From a bacterium (GTDB lineage: Bacteria; Patescibacteriota; Minisyncoccia; Sungbacterales; GWA2-42-14): DNA of 54,153 nucleotides. The position numbers were made by a program, and so were the translations under genes. This document shows, piece after piece, positions 9,069 through 19,166 of the stretch. The notes under the pieces were generated by a model. That model saw only the letters and a program-made list of their open reading frames with translations. It was not told where the DNA came from and searched no databases. Each line of letters begins with the position of its first letter. The first letter of the stretch is position 1. The stretch covers positions 1-54,153 of the forward strand of contig JAUSFV010000005.1 in NCBI GenBank assembly GCA_030649305.1. Reading direction: 5' to 3'.

Positions 9069-11336
9069 ATGGAGCCAAAACAAAAATGGAACGCAAGCCG
9101 TTCCGATACGCTCGTTGAGCGTGCATTTCAAGCGCTTACAAAAGAATATACGCTTGTCGGCAGAACTCATGTGCGGGTGTGGCAAGCATGGCTTCTTGGG
9201 GGGATTGCAGTTGGTATGGTTACGGGTATTCTTTTTGTCGCAAACAGAAGCGGACGATTTGAACTGAGCCGCGCAGAGCAGGCCCAGGGAGAATTGCAGG
9301 CGGCCTTATCGGCAAATATTCATGCGTTACAGGGCCTTACGCTCCAGCTTTTACACGAGAGTGATCTTGACAAAAAAATTGAGATTGCAAAAATACGGCT
9401 GGATACATTAGCGGCTCTTATAGAATTAAGCCCCGCTGACGCTTTGAAGGTTGCGCTTTCGGGAAAATTTCTTGCTTCGTTTTCAAAAGAAGTTCAACCT
9501 TATCTTGAACAAAATGTGACCGAAGAGGGCGAAGTTGAGGTGTTTCATGTTGATGGTACTGGTCCGGGCCAGCCCTTTACTGACGCATCCTCAAAGTTTC
9601 TTTATTTTATAAAAACAACTAAGGGGGAAAATCTCGGTATGTATTTTGCCGAAAATCCTCCCACAAATCTTGAGACGGGAGACCATATTCGAGTTCACGG
9701 ATTGAGGGTAAATAATACCCTTGCCCTTTCTTCCGGCGGCACCGGAAGCGTAACGACGCTCGCACTCGCGAACCCCAATACGTTTGGGCCGCAAAAAACA
9801 TTGCTTATGCTTGTGAATTTTACGGACAAAGCTACCCAACCGTACACGGTTGCGGCAGCTCAAAGCGTTATGAATACCACAAGCAACTTTGATAAAGAAA
9901 ATTCCTTTGCGCAAACATCGCTCATCGGTGTGGTAGATGCAGCTCAACCTGCCGATGTCGCGGGTTGGTTTACTATCAATCAGAGTTATACTGTTTGTAA
10001 TTCTAGTAATATTGCTACACTTGCTAAACAAGCAGCAACTGCTGCCGGATTTAATCTTTCTTCCTACACTCGCTATGTTTATGCGTTTCCCAGTAATGCG
10101 TGTACATGGTGGGGACTTGGCACGGTCGGCGGCAATCCTTCAAGTGCTTGGGTGAACGGAAGTTTTGCGCTGAAGGTGGTGGGGCACGAAATGGGCCATA
10201 ATTTTGGTCTGTATCATTCACATTCCCAGAGTTGTGCCGCGGGAACATGCACAACATCCGACTATGGCGATCTGTATGACATTATGGGAAATCCTTCCTC
10301 GGATCATTTTAATGCTTTTCAGAAAGAGAGACTGGGTTGGTTAAATTATAATGTTTCTCCGCCCATTACGAGTGTCACGTTAAGCGGGACCTATACCATT
10401 GCTCCGTACGAAATAAATGACATACAACCAAAAGCTTTAAAAATTTTAAAATCTTCCGGAACAACTAATACGTATTATTATGTTGAATATCGGGCAGGGT
10501 TAGGTTTTGATTCCGGAATTAACGCGGTCCTTGTACATACCGGCGCAAGTGCTAATTCAAGCAATCTTTGGGATTTGGATCAGGTTACTACGATTTCTGA
10601 TCGAATTTTGAATATCGGCCAGACGTATGATGATCCGACCGCCGGAGTATCCATAACATTGCAATCAATAGATAGCACCGGCGCTAACGTAGGAGTTGTG
10701 TTTGGTCCTGTTGTGTGTACGCCGGGAACTCCCAATATTGCAATTTCGCCTTCCAGCCAATGGGGCTCTCCTGGACAAGCCCTTTCATATACGGTTATGA
10801 CGACTAATACCGATAGTTCTTCTTGTTCGCCCGCAACCGTTCATGTTTCTTCTCAGCTTCCTGTCGGATGGTCGCAAACTCAGCCATCGTTTGATGTGGC
10901 GCTTTTGCCTGGCCAATCCGTAAATACTTCGGTAAGCATTACTTCGGCGTTAACGGCCGCAGAAGGGTATTATACTTTTTCTGAAACAGCAGCAAAAGAT
11001 TCGCTTTCTTCAAGCGCCTCCGCTAATTATAATGTTACTCTTCCTGATACTACATCGCCTGTGGTTACCATCAGTTCGCCGCAAGATGGCGCAATATTAT
11101 CGGCAAAAGGTTCAATTTCTGTCAGTGCCTCGGTATCTGACGCAAGTGGTATCGCATCAATTACTATTAAATTTGATGCGGGGACCTTAAAGACTTGCTC
11201 TTCTGTATCGTCTTGTTCTGCTAAATTACCCTTGTCAAAGGTTTCTTCCGGATCGCACACAATTACGGTAACCGCCACAGATGCTTCACCTGCGAAAAAC
11301 ACAAGCTCTAAATCAATTATGGTCACAAAACTATAG
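9069..11336 (+). CDS. Secreted/anchored metzincin metallopeptidase (M11 gametolysin-like) with NEW3-like and Ig-like C-terminal domains
   Basis: HEMGHNFGLYH zinc motif; YGD..DIMG Met-turn; HFNAFQKERLGW; C-terminal DTTSPVVTISSP Ig-like domain. Confidence 0.88.
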   Translation: MEPKQKWNASRSDTLVERAFQALTKEYTLVGRTHVRVWQAWLLGGIAVGMVTGILFVANRSGRFELSRAEQAQGELQAALSANIHALQGLTLQLLHESDLDKKIEIAKIRLDTLAALIELSPADALKVALSGKFLASFSKEVQPYLEQNVTEEGEVEVFHVDGTGPGQPFTDASSKFLYFIKTTKGENLGMYFAENPPTNLETGDHIRVHGLRVNNTLALSSGGTGSVTTLALANPNTFGPQKTLLMLVNFTDKATQPYTVAAAQSVMNTTSNFDKENSFAQTSLIGVVDAAQPADVAGWFTINQSYTVCNSSNIATLAKQAATAAGFNLSSYTRYVYAFPSNACTWWGLGTVGGNPSSAWVNGSFALKVVGHEMGHNFGLYHSHSQSCAAGTCTTSDYGDLYDIMGNPSSDHFNAFQKERLGWLNYNVSPPITSVTLSGTYTIAPYEINDIQPKALKILKSSGTTNTYYYVEYRAGLGFDSGINAVLVHTGASANSSNLWDLDQVTTISDRILNIGQTYDDPTAGVSITLQSIDSTGANVGVVFGPVVCTPGTPNIAISPSSQWGSPGQALSYTVMTTNTDSSSCSPATVHVSSQLPVGWSQTQPSFDVALLPGQSVNTSVSITSALTAAEGYYTFSETAAKDSLSSSASANYNVTLPDTTSPVVTISSPQDGAILSAKGSISVSASVSDASGIASITIKFDAGTLKTCSSVSSCSAKLPLSKVSSGSHTITVTATDASPAKNTSSKSIMVTKL

Positions 11337-11360
11337 AATGTTGTAGTGGATATAAAAAAT

Positions 11361-13184
11361 ATGGCTCAAAATAAATCATCGCAAAAAAGTCAGGCAGACA
11401 CGCTTGTTGAACGCACGTTTCAGGCTTTTAAAAAAGAATATGTGCTTGTGGGGAAAGCCCATGTGCGTGCGTGGCAGGCGTGGCTCATTCTTGGTATTGT
11501 GTTTGGCGCGATTGGTGCGGTTGTGTTGGTCGCAAATAGAAGCGGAAGATTTACTTCAAGCGACGCAACGGCGGGATTTTGGCAGGTTTCGGGAACGCGT
11601 TTTTTGAACCCCGCCGGAAGGCCCTCATGGATTCACGGAATGAATTTTGACATTGATTGGATGGCATCAGCCGGCGCCGGAGACTTTGCGACGATTCAGC
11701 AGTTTTTGAATGACGCAAAACAACTTGGCGTGCGAATAATCAGGGTTTTTCCGGAAGCACCAATTTCGGGAGACATAGAAAAACAAGGAATCGGTGTTTA
11801 TAATCCGGCGTGGTTTGACGGCATGCGTTTTATTCTTGATTTTGCCCGTCAGAATAATATGTATGTGCATGTGATTTTTGTGAAAGGGCCCGGTTATTAT
11901 ACAGGAACGCCATATGCCGGACAATTAATGAATCAACCTGCATTTTTTTCCTCACCGGAGGTTCGGAGCGCGTTAAAACAACGCTTGAAAGCGATGGCCT
12001 CTCCTTTCGTAAATGATCCTGCGATTTTCGCGTGGACAATTCTTACAGAACCGGAATTTAAAGTGGATACGGTAACGGGCATTTCGACTTTTTCTCCGGA
12101 TGTGTACGCCGATTTTACCATTGATCTTTCTTCGTTTCTCCGGAATGAAGTTGGGGTAAAACAGCTCATGACCGATGGCGCAATGATGGATGATGTGATT
12201 CGCTCGGGTATTCCGGCGAAGTATCCCGCGTTTGTTTCTTTTGTTGATTTTTTTACAAAGCATCAGTATGACACGGCTGAGGGCGGCATAGAAGGCATAA
12301 CTCAATGGGAAAATAGTTTGATGGCAGGCGCGAATTTATTGAAACCATGGTTCTTTGAAGAGTTGGGGCATAAAGATGATGATGGGTTTGCCGATGGCAA
12401 CCCGCCTACCTATTCTGATGCCGAGAATGCCTTATATTTTCAGAAACTTCTTTCTTTTTTGAAGACAACGGGCACTGGGGTGATGTTATGGAATATTTAT
12501 GGTCCGCATGAGTATGCGATTAATCCAAGGTTTACGGCAAAAACCGCGGAGGTGGTAGTCGGTGCATATATGGAGGTTCCCATACTTCTTTCACCAACAG
12601 ATGGAACGATTTTTTCTGCCACCACGACCTCGGTTGTTTTGCAATGGGCTCCGTTTGCGGGAGCAAGGGGGTATGGCGTGCGGGTTCAGGATTTGACTGA
12701 TGCAAACGCGAAAGACCCAAGAAGCAATTGCGCCAATACCAGCGGCTTATATTTTTGCAGCGATAATTATTCCACGGCCTCTCTTTCCATTCCGATCGTG
12801 GCGGGCCATTCGTATCGCTGGTGGATACACGCCATTGAAAGCACCGGCTGGTGGACTGATGCAAGTAGCGCGGGCTTTTCGGTTTCAATGTCGGGCGCGG
12901 ATACCACAAGTCCTTCCGTTTTCATCACAAGTCCCGTAAACGGATCAACCGTTAAAAGATTTTCTTCGGTTACCATAAACGGCTCCGCATCGGATAATAT
13001 TGGGATTACGAAGGTTGAGTTTTATGTGAATAATTCGATGATGTGCACCGACACTACCGTATTATATACGTGTTCTTGGCGAGTTCCTTCTAAACGGGGA
13101 GTTACATATCAGCTTCGGGCAAAAGCGTATGATGCGGTAGGAAATAGCAGTTTTTCTTCGGTTGTTTCGGTTACGTCGCGTTAA
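11361..13184 (+). CDS. Secreted/anchored GH5-like glycoside hydrolase (mannanase-like) with C-terminal Ig-like domain
   Basis: GVRIIRVF, AWTILTEPE (acid/base), HQY, FEELG (nucleophile), MLW; DTTSPSVFITSP Ig domain; alternative GTG start 11346. Confidence 0.8.
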   Translation: MAQNKSSQKSQADTLVERTFQAFKKEYVLVGKAHVRAWQAWLILGIVFGAIGAVVLVANRSGRFTSSDATAGFWQVSGTRFLNPAGRPSWIHGMNFDIDWMASAGAGDFATIQQFLNDAKQLGVRIIRVFPEAPISGDIEKQGIGVYNPAWFDGMRFILDFARQNNMYVHVIFVKGPGYYTGTPYAGQLMNQPAFFSSPEVRSALKQRLKAMASPFVNDPAIFAWTILTEPEFKVDTVTGISTFSPDVYADFTIDLSSFLRNEVGVKQLMTDGAMMDDVIRSGIPAKYPAFVSFVDFFTKHQYDTAEGGIEGITQWENSLMAGANLLKPWFFEELGHKDDDGFADGNPPTYSDAENALYFQKLLSFLKTTGTGVMLWNIYGPHEYAINPRFTAKTAEVVVGAYMEVPILLSPTDGTIFSATTTSVVLQWAPFAGARGYGVRVQDLTDANAKDPRSNCANTSGLYFCSDNYSTASLSIPIVAGHSYRWWIHAIESTGWWTDASSAGFSVSMSGADTTSPSVFITSPVNGSTVKRFSSVTINGSASDNIGITKVEFYVNNSMMCTDTTVLYTCSWRVPSKRGVTYQLRAKAYDAVGNSSFSSVVSVTSR

Positions 13185-13201
13185 ATTTAAATTTTGGTGT
13201 A

Positions 13202-13245
13202 TGTGTATAAAAAATCTGGCTTTTTTACGCCAGATTTTTTATACT
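13202..13245. repeat. 44-bp hairpin, copy 1 (probable terminator plus -10-like TATACT)
   Basis: tgtgtataaaaaatctggcttttttacgccagattttttatact; identical to 17617-17660. Confidence 0.9.
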
Positions 13246-13325
13246 AAGGCGGTAGGTTTAATGTATCCTCGTTTCTTTATTCGCATATTTGCTCGTCAAA
13301 CATGCGTTGGGGGGGGGTAATATAT

Positions 13326-16300
13326 ATGAAAAAATTTATACTATCAATCATGTTGGGGGCTTTTTTGATAAGTCCGGTTTTTGCGTTCGCGCAAACAACG
13401 AATGATGCGCTTATCGCGCAGTTGCAAGCACAAATCGCGTCTTTACAGGCTCAGATCAATGTGCTTATCGCGCAGCAGGGGGGTACTCCTTCGTCTTCGG
13501 TGAGTTTTCAAAACGGCGACAGGGTTGAGGTCGCGGCATCGGTGCTTGCGGTTCGCAATGCCCCCACTACTTCCGGAGTGATCGTGGGGAAAGTATCCGT
13601 TGGAATGAAAGGCACGATACGGTGTGACGCGTCGTCATCGAATTTTTCTTGTCCGACGGCAGCAAGCGGTTATACATGGTGGTACATAGATTGGGATAAT
13701 TCGTCTTTGCCGAACGGCTGGTCCGCAGAAGGAACTTCGGAGGCGATATTTTTGACGAAGATACCGTCGGTCACAGAAGAACCGAATCCTGCGTCGTATG
13801 TATCAATTTCGGTCCCTCAAACATTGCAAGTTGGCAAGTCGCAACAAGTGTTCGCAAAATTAGTAACAACCGACGGAAAAAGTCAGGATGTTACTTTGGA
13901 GACAGAGTGGAGTTCGTCCGATTCAAAAATAGTCAGAATTGGTGGAGCGTCTTGTCCTGCAGGAACATATTGTGCGCAGGTGCTCAATGGATACTATGTG
14001 TATGGAGACGCCCCGGGGACTGCGGTTATCACTGCGACGTATCAAGGCATGACACAACAGACAAAAGTTACGGTTACGCAAATATTGGTTGAAGTTTCTC
14101 CTTCTATTACTATTCTTTCTCCAAACGGGGGCGAGACGTGGATGGTTGGCTTCCCGCAAACAATAAAATGGATAAGCAGTAATTTTCCATCTGATCGGAA
14201 GATAGATGTTGTGAGATTAAGGGATTCCTATGGTAAAGAAATCTATCTTTTATACGGGACGATTAACGACGGTTTTGAGCAAATTGTCGTGCCTTCCGTA
14301 CCCGCTGGTCCGTATACGCTTGAAATAAAAACATATTCTTCAAGCGGTGAATTGATTTTTGACGCGAGCGACGCGCCGTTTAGTATTGTTTCCTCCGGCA
14401 CTTGGCAGGAAATCGGCTCTCTTTCTGTGTCGCTTGATTCTTCAAACACCGCGTATTATATTGCCGCAGCCGGAACAAATGATAATAATCTCGCAATGCT
14501 GAAATTTCATGCGGCTAATGAAGCGATCAATTTGAAGAAAGTTGGGTTGCAGCTTTCAATGACTTCTTTTAATTCGCCGCAGGACCTGGTTAATGAGAAA
14601 GTAACTTTGTGGGATGGCGCGACGAAAGTCGGTGAGGCGATCTTCACGACGCAAACTCCTGACTTCGCGACATCAACTCTGACAGCCGACTTTATTATCC
14701 CTAAAGATGGCGACAAACTCATGACTATTCGGGGAAGCTTTGCGCCGATTGGGGTCGCGCAACCAGGAACGCCGGGGGCATGGGTGGTCGTTGATTATGA
14801 CGGATCGAATAGGCTCGGCACCCAGGGAGTTGGCATGTCATCAGGAAATACGATATATACTTCAACGGCGTATGATACGGCATCAAACGGCGTTCATGTT
14901 TTTAGATCATATCCGACGGTTGCAAAAATTGATGTGACCGGAGCTTTGATTTCGGGTCGCCGCGACCTCTTGAAGTTCAAAATTACCGCAGCTCCGCAGG
15001 GCGATGTCGGTATTGCGAAATTTGCTATCAGAACTCAAATTTCTTCCGTAACCCCCGGCTCATTGCTTGATAATATTAATCTGTACGCGTATAACGATTC
15101 TTCTTTTTCTTCCGTTGCTTCGGGTATTCAATCCGACGGCGCGCTACAGCTTACGTATACAAGCAGCGGCAGTACCGGAGGAACGTATTATATATATCCG
15201 AGAAATGCGAGTGGTCAAAATACGGCATTTCTTATTCCTGCGGGTCAGACACGTTACTTTGTGGTGCGGGGCGACGTAACCCTTGCGGGAGAAACAGTAA
15301 GCGTGGTTACTCAGCTTCTTGGTGATAGTGTCGGGAATGTTGGTCTTCGGACGGTCGCGGAGATTGATTCGACGGCATATGATAATTTTATCTGGTCGGG
15401 CAACTCTACTACCACCGCAACGGTTTTGCATCGTGATTGGTCAAGCGGTTATCTTGTGCCTGGATTGCCCGAAGGCGGTTTCAGCCAGACGTTTACGGGA
15501 GGCGGCGGTGGGCAAACCCCCTCCATCATCGTTCTTTCACCGAATGGGGGGGAGGCCTTTGTTGCCGGATCGCAGATGACGGTTCGGTGGTCTACTCAGA
15601 ATTTTCCAAATGCTCCGATTAACCTCTACCTTTTTACTAGCAACGTTACTCCTCCGACTGAGTCGAGTTATCAATGGGTTGCAAATATCGCTTTTCAGAC
15701 AGCTAATGATGGATCAGAAACGTGGACTATTCCCACAAATATTATTTCTGGGTCTCGATATTTCGTTCGCATTCTTGGGTACGATCAGACTGGATATACT
15801 TTTCCGAGCGGTTGTTTAGACGGTTGTCGTAATGACGACAGCGACGCGTCGTTTAGTATTGTGGGCACCACCTCTACACTCAAAAGCACTATTCAGGGCT
15901 ACAAAATTGATTCGGCAGGCAACGTGTTTACTAATCCCGGCGCAATCATTACCGTAAGCGGCGCGGTGAATCAGACCTATGGCACATCCGCCAATCCCTA
16001 CTTTGCTCAGCAAATTCCCGCAGGGAACTATACCGTCTCTTCATCCGTGCCAAGCGGCTACACAGTATCGTATTCGCTTTGTACAAACTGCATTGACCAC
16101 CCTGCGTCCAGTTATGTTTCGGGAAACTCGGTCAGCGTGAACGCGCCATCAGGAGGCTATGCGGATTTGTGGTGGAAGTATACGCTTCAGATATCAGGAC
16201 AAAGTGTTGCCATCTCCCGCACGCCGCAAACTTCATTTTCATCGCCCTACCGCACCGGTAGTGCCACCACTCTCAATGCTACGGTTTCTTCATCTTTATT

Positions 16301-17597
16301 CTCCACCGATCAGCAAGTAAAAGTGTATCGTAAAATCGGAACCGGTTCTTCGTTTGTGAGTGATATGACAACCACGTTTGCGTTGCGCGATAACGGTGTT
16401 TGTAACCCTTCGGCGGGTACCTGCAGTGTCGCAGGAATATGGAGCGAATTTTCTTGCCCCACCGGCGTTTCAGGCGTTCAGCAGATGACCGAATGGGTGA
16501 CGATTGGCAGTGTAACGTCAAATCAAATCCAATGGTGGTTTGAGTGCAGTAGTACGGTTGCTGCTGAACAGCCTGTTACCATTTTGCAGTCTTGGCCTAC
16601 AGCGCCAAGCGCTCAGCCCGGCCAGTCATTCTCTCTCACCTACAATTGGAGCGGAGGCCCGACAAGCAGTTCAAAACAGGTTTTTGTGCATTTTGTAAAT
16701 AGCGCGGGTCAGATTGTATTTCAGGATGACCATACGCCACCCGTGCTTACGAACCAGTGGTCCGGTACGAGAAACTATACGCGTACTATTACCGTTCCCG
16801 CGTCAACGGCTGTGGGAACCTACCGTATTATGGCAGGGCTCTATGACCTTGCTACCGGAGCGCGTCTTACTCTTACTTCTACTTCCGGTTCGGGGGTAAT
16901 TGCTGATACGCAGGATTTGCTTCGGTATCAGATTGGGACATTGACGGTTTCGAGTTCTCTGGCCGTTACTTCTTCTCTCAACGCGTCAGGAGGCTTTTCT
17001 GCAAAGCAGGGCGACAAGAGTTGGTTTTATATGTACGCAAAACCTGTCGGTTCTACACAACCCACGCTTTTGACAAATATGGAAAAATTTGACGGAACTC
17101 AAAATCGTTGGCAGGGTGGTGATGAACAGTACCTTTTACTTTGGGGCAGTGGCGGGCATCCTGGAGTGAATGCCGATGCGGTGCGCCGTTGGGTCGCGTC
17201 CGTGGCGGGAAATGTTGTTTTGAAGGGTAAGGCTTTTGATGGGCATGTCGGATGTGGTACGGATGGCGTTGTAGTCTCTATTAGAAAAGCAAGCGGTAAT
17301 GGCTCAACTCTTCTGTGGGGGCCACATACGATTCAGAAAGATAGCACAGTCGGGGTTTCCTATGATAATGTGTCGGTATTTTTGAATGCGAATGAGGGGC
17401 TTGATTTTGTTATTAGCAGGGGAGTTGATGACGGTTGTGATTCGACCGTGTTTGATCCTACTATAATATTTACTCCGCAATCGTCGGGCGCTGGTTCTCT
17501 GGATTCCGAGAAGCAATTTGCGAGTATTCTTTCATCAATACAAGCACAGCTTAACGAAATTGCGAACGCAATTAGGATGTTAATGATTCGGCGATAA
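13326..17597 (+). CDS. Large modular surface protein (signal peptide, coiled coil, SH3-like, Ig-like and SPNGGE-type modules)
   Basis: MKKFILSI..AFA signal; LIAQLQAQIASLQAQI coil; two ILSPNGGE modules; S/T/G-rich beta composition; alternative ATG 13302. Confidence 0.9.
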   Translation: MKKFILSIMLGAFLISPVFAFAQTTNDALIAQLQAQIASLQAQINVLIAQQGGTPSSSVSFQNGDRVEVAASVLAVRNAPTTSGVIVGKVSVGMKGTIRCDASSSNFSCPTAASGYTWWYIDWDNSSLPNGWSAEGTSEAIFLTKIPSVTEEPNPASYVSISVPQTLQVGKSQQVFAKLVTTDGKSQDVTLETEWSSSDSKIVRIGGASCPAGTYCAQVLNGYYVYGDAPGTAVITATYQGMTQQTKVTVTQILVEVSPSITILSPNGGETWMVGFPQTIKWISSNFPSDRKIDVVRLRDSYGKEIYLLYGTINDGFEQIVVPSVPAGPYTLEIKTYSSSGELIFDASDAPFSIVSSGTWQEIGSLSVSLDSSNTAYYIAAAGTNDNNLAMLKFHAANEAINLKKVGLQLSMTSFNSPQDLVNEKVTLWDGATKVGEAIFTTQTPDFATSTLTADFIIPKDGDKLMTIRGSFAPIGVAQPGTPGAWVVVDYDGSNRLGTQGVGMSSGNTIYTSTAYDTASNGVHVFRSYPTVAKIDVTGALISGRRDLLKFKITAAPQGDVGIAKFAIRTQISSVTPGSLLDNINLYAYNDSSFSSVASGIQSDGALQLTYTSSGSTGGTYYIYPRNASGQNTAFLIPAGQTRYFVVRGDVTLAGETVSVVTQLLGDSVGNVGLRTVAEIDSTAYDNFIWSGNSTTTATVLHRDWSSGYLVPGLPEGGFSQTFTGGGGGQTPSIIVLSPNGGEAFVAGSQMTVRWSTQNFPNAPINLYLFTSNVTPPTESSYQWVANIAFQTANDGSETWTIPTNIISGSRYFVRILGYDQTGYTFPSGCLDGCRNDDSDASFSIVGTTSTLKSTIQGYKIDSAGNVFTNPGAIITVSGAVNQTYGTSANPYFAQQIPAGNYTVSSSVPSGYTVSYSLCTNCIDHPASSYVSGNSVSVNAPSGGYADLWWKYTLQISGQSVAISRTPQTSFSSPYRTGSATTLNATVSSSLFSTDQQVKVYRKIGTGSSFVSDMTTTFALRDNGVCNPSAGTCSVAGIWSEFSCPTGVSGVQQMTEWVTIGSVTSNQIQWWFECSSTVAAEQPVTILQSWPTAPSAQPGQSFSLTYNWSGGPTSSSKQVFVHFVNSAGQIVFQDDHTPPVLTNQWSGTRNYTRTITVPASTAVGTYRIMAGLYDLATGARLTLTSTSGSGVIADTQDLLRYQIGTLTVSSSLAVTSSLNASGGFSAKQGDKSWFYMYAKPVGSTQPTLLTNMEKFDGTQNRWQGGDEQYLLLWGSGGHPGVNADAVRRWVASVAGNVVLKGKAFDGHVGCGTDGVVVSIRKASGNGSTLLWGPHTIQKDSTVGVSYDNVSVFLNANEGLDFVISRGVDDGCDSTVFDPTIIFTPQSSGAGSLDSEKQFASILSSIQAQLNEIANAIRMLMIRR

Positions 17598-17616
17598 CTC
17601 CTGAATTCTCCGGTGT

Positions 17617-17660
17617 TGTGTATAAAAAATCTGGCTTTTTTACGCCAGATTTTTTATACT
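17617..17660. repeat. 44-bp hairpin, copy 2
   Basis: Exact direct repeat of 13202-13245, ending 8 nt before the pfkB-family ATG. Confidence 0.9.
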
Positions 17661-17668
17661 GAAACAGT

Positions 17669-18661
17669 ATGAAACAGAGCTACGACTTCATCGCAATAGG
17701 GGATATGGTAACGGATGCATTTATACGGCTGGAATCGCCAACAGCCCATGTTGATATTGACCACGAGGTCAGGGAAATTTGCCTGCGGTTTGGCGACAAG
17801 GTGCCGTATAAGGAGGTTATTGTGGTTCCTGCCGTGGGGAATAGCGCGAATGCCGCGGTCTCTGCCGCACGTCTTGGCTTGAAGAGCGCTCTGGTATCAA
17901 ATATTGGGGATGACTATTTCGGTAAAGAATGTCTTGCGGCGTTAAAAACTGAACATGTGGGGACGGAATATATTGCAACACACAAAAACCAAAAAACGAA
18001 TTATCACTACGTATTGTGGTTTGAATCGGAGCGGACGATTCTGGTAAAACACGAAGAATATAATTATACGCTACCCGACATTGACAGTCCGAAGTGGATT
18101 TATTTATCATCTCTTGGCGAGAATTCTTTGCCGTTTCATGGGTTGGTTGAGCGGTTTCTTACAAATCACCCCGAAACAAAATTTGCGTTTCAGCCGGGCA
18201 CGTATCAGATGAAATTTGGAAAAGAAAAACTTGCGTATTTTTATAAACGGGCAGACGTATTTTTTTGTAATAAAGAAGAGTCCCAGCGCATTTTGGAAAC
18301 AAAAGAAGACGATATTAAAAAGTTGCTTAGCATGACGCGGGAGCTTGGTCCGAAAATTGCCGTGATTACTGACGGCACAAATGGGGCGTATACGTATGAC
18401 GGCAACGAAATCCTTTTTATGCGGCCGTATCCCGACCCAAAGCCGCCGTATTCGCGAACAGGTGCGGGAGATGCTTTTTCTTCCACGTTTACGGTAGCGT
18501 TGGCACTCGGCAAGAGTGTCTCGGAAGCTTTGCGGTGGGGGCCGGTTAATTCAATGTCCGTGGTACAACAAGTCGGCGCTCGCGCGGGTCTTCTTGATCG
18601 AAAAACACTTGAAGGGTATTTGGCGTCTGCTCCTGCGGATTACGAGCCAATTATGATTTGA
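17669..18661 (+). CDS. PfkB-family carbohydrate kinase
   Basis: GNSANAAV..ARLGL, IGDDYFG, VITDG.NGA and RTGAGDAF motifs. Confidence 0.93.
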   Translation: MKQSYDFIAIGDMVTDAFIRLESPTAHVDIDHEVREICLRFGDKVPYKEVIVVPAVGNSANAAVSAARLGLKSALVSNIGDDYFGKECLAALKTEHVGTEYIATHKNQKTNYHYVLWFESERTILVKHEEYNYTLPDIDSPKWIYLSSLGENSLPFHGLVERFLTNHPETKFAFQPGTYQMKFGKEKLAYFYKRADVFFCNKEESQRILETKEDDIKKLLSMTRELGPKIAVITDGTNGAYTYDGNEILFMRPYPDPKPPYSRTGAGDAFSSTFTVALALGKSVSEALRWGPVNSMSVVQQVGARAGLLDRKTLEGYLASAPADYEPIMI

Positions 18662-18693
18662 GTTTTTGTCTAATATATGACATATTGAAAGTA

Positions 18694-18942
18694 ATGAAAA
18701 AAAATCATAAGCAATTTCAGGTTATTATTGAACGCGATGAAGACGGTTATTTTGTTGCGTCCGTGCCCGCTTTGCCGGGATGTTATGCGCAAGCAAAGAC
18801 CCTTTCTTTATTGCGAGAGCGAGTAGAGGACGCTATTTCTTTGTGTCTTGAAGTGGCGCAAACGAATCGTGCATATCGAGAAAAAATAAGACGTTTTGCA
18901 TATGAGCCAACGTTTATTGGTGTTGAAATGGTTAAAATATGA
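18694..18942 (+). CDS. hicB: HicB-family antitoxin (short form)
   Basis: VIIERDEDGYFVASVPALPGCYAQAKT..DAI motif. Confidence 0.85.
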   Translation: MKKNHKQFQVIIERDEDGYFVASVPALPGCYAQAKTLSLLRERVEDAISLCLEVAQTNRAYREKIRRFAYEPTFIGVEMVKI

Positions 18943-19166
18943 GGGGACGTTTGCCGATGTTAAAAGCGCGTGATGTTGCGCGCGTTCTCACTGGACTTGG
19001 TTTTCGAGAAGTGCGCCAGAAAGGGGCGCATATTTTCTTTCAACATTCTGATGGCAGGACAACGCTTGTTTCTCGGCATGGCAGCGAAGATATCGGAAGA
19101 GGATTGTTGCGCCAAATTCTTCGTGAGATTAAAGTATCACCAGAAGATTTTTTTGATTATTTATGA
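18939..19166 (+). CDS. hicA: HicA-family toxin
   Basis: L..LGF..VRQKGAH..F.H.DGR..V..H..EDIGRGLLRQIL motif. Confidence 0.88.
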   Translation: MRGRLPMLKARDVARVLTGLGFREVRQKGAHIFFQHSDGRTTLVSRHGSEDIGRGLLRQILREIKVSPEDFFDYL

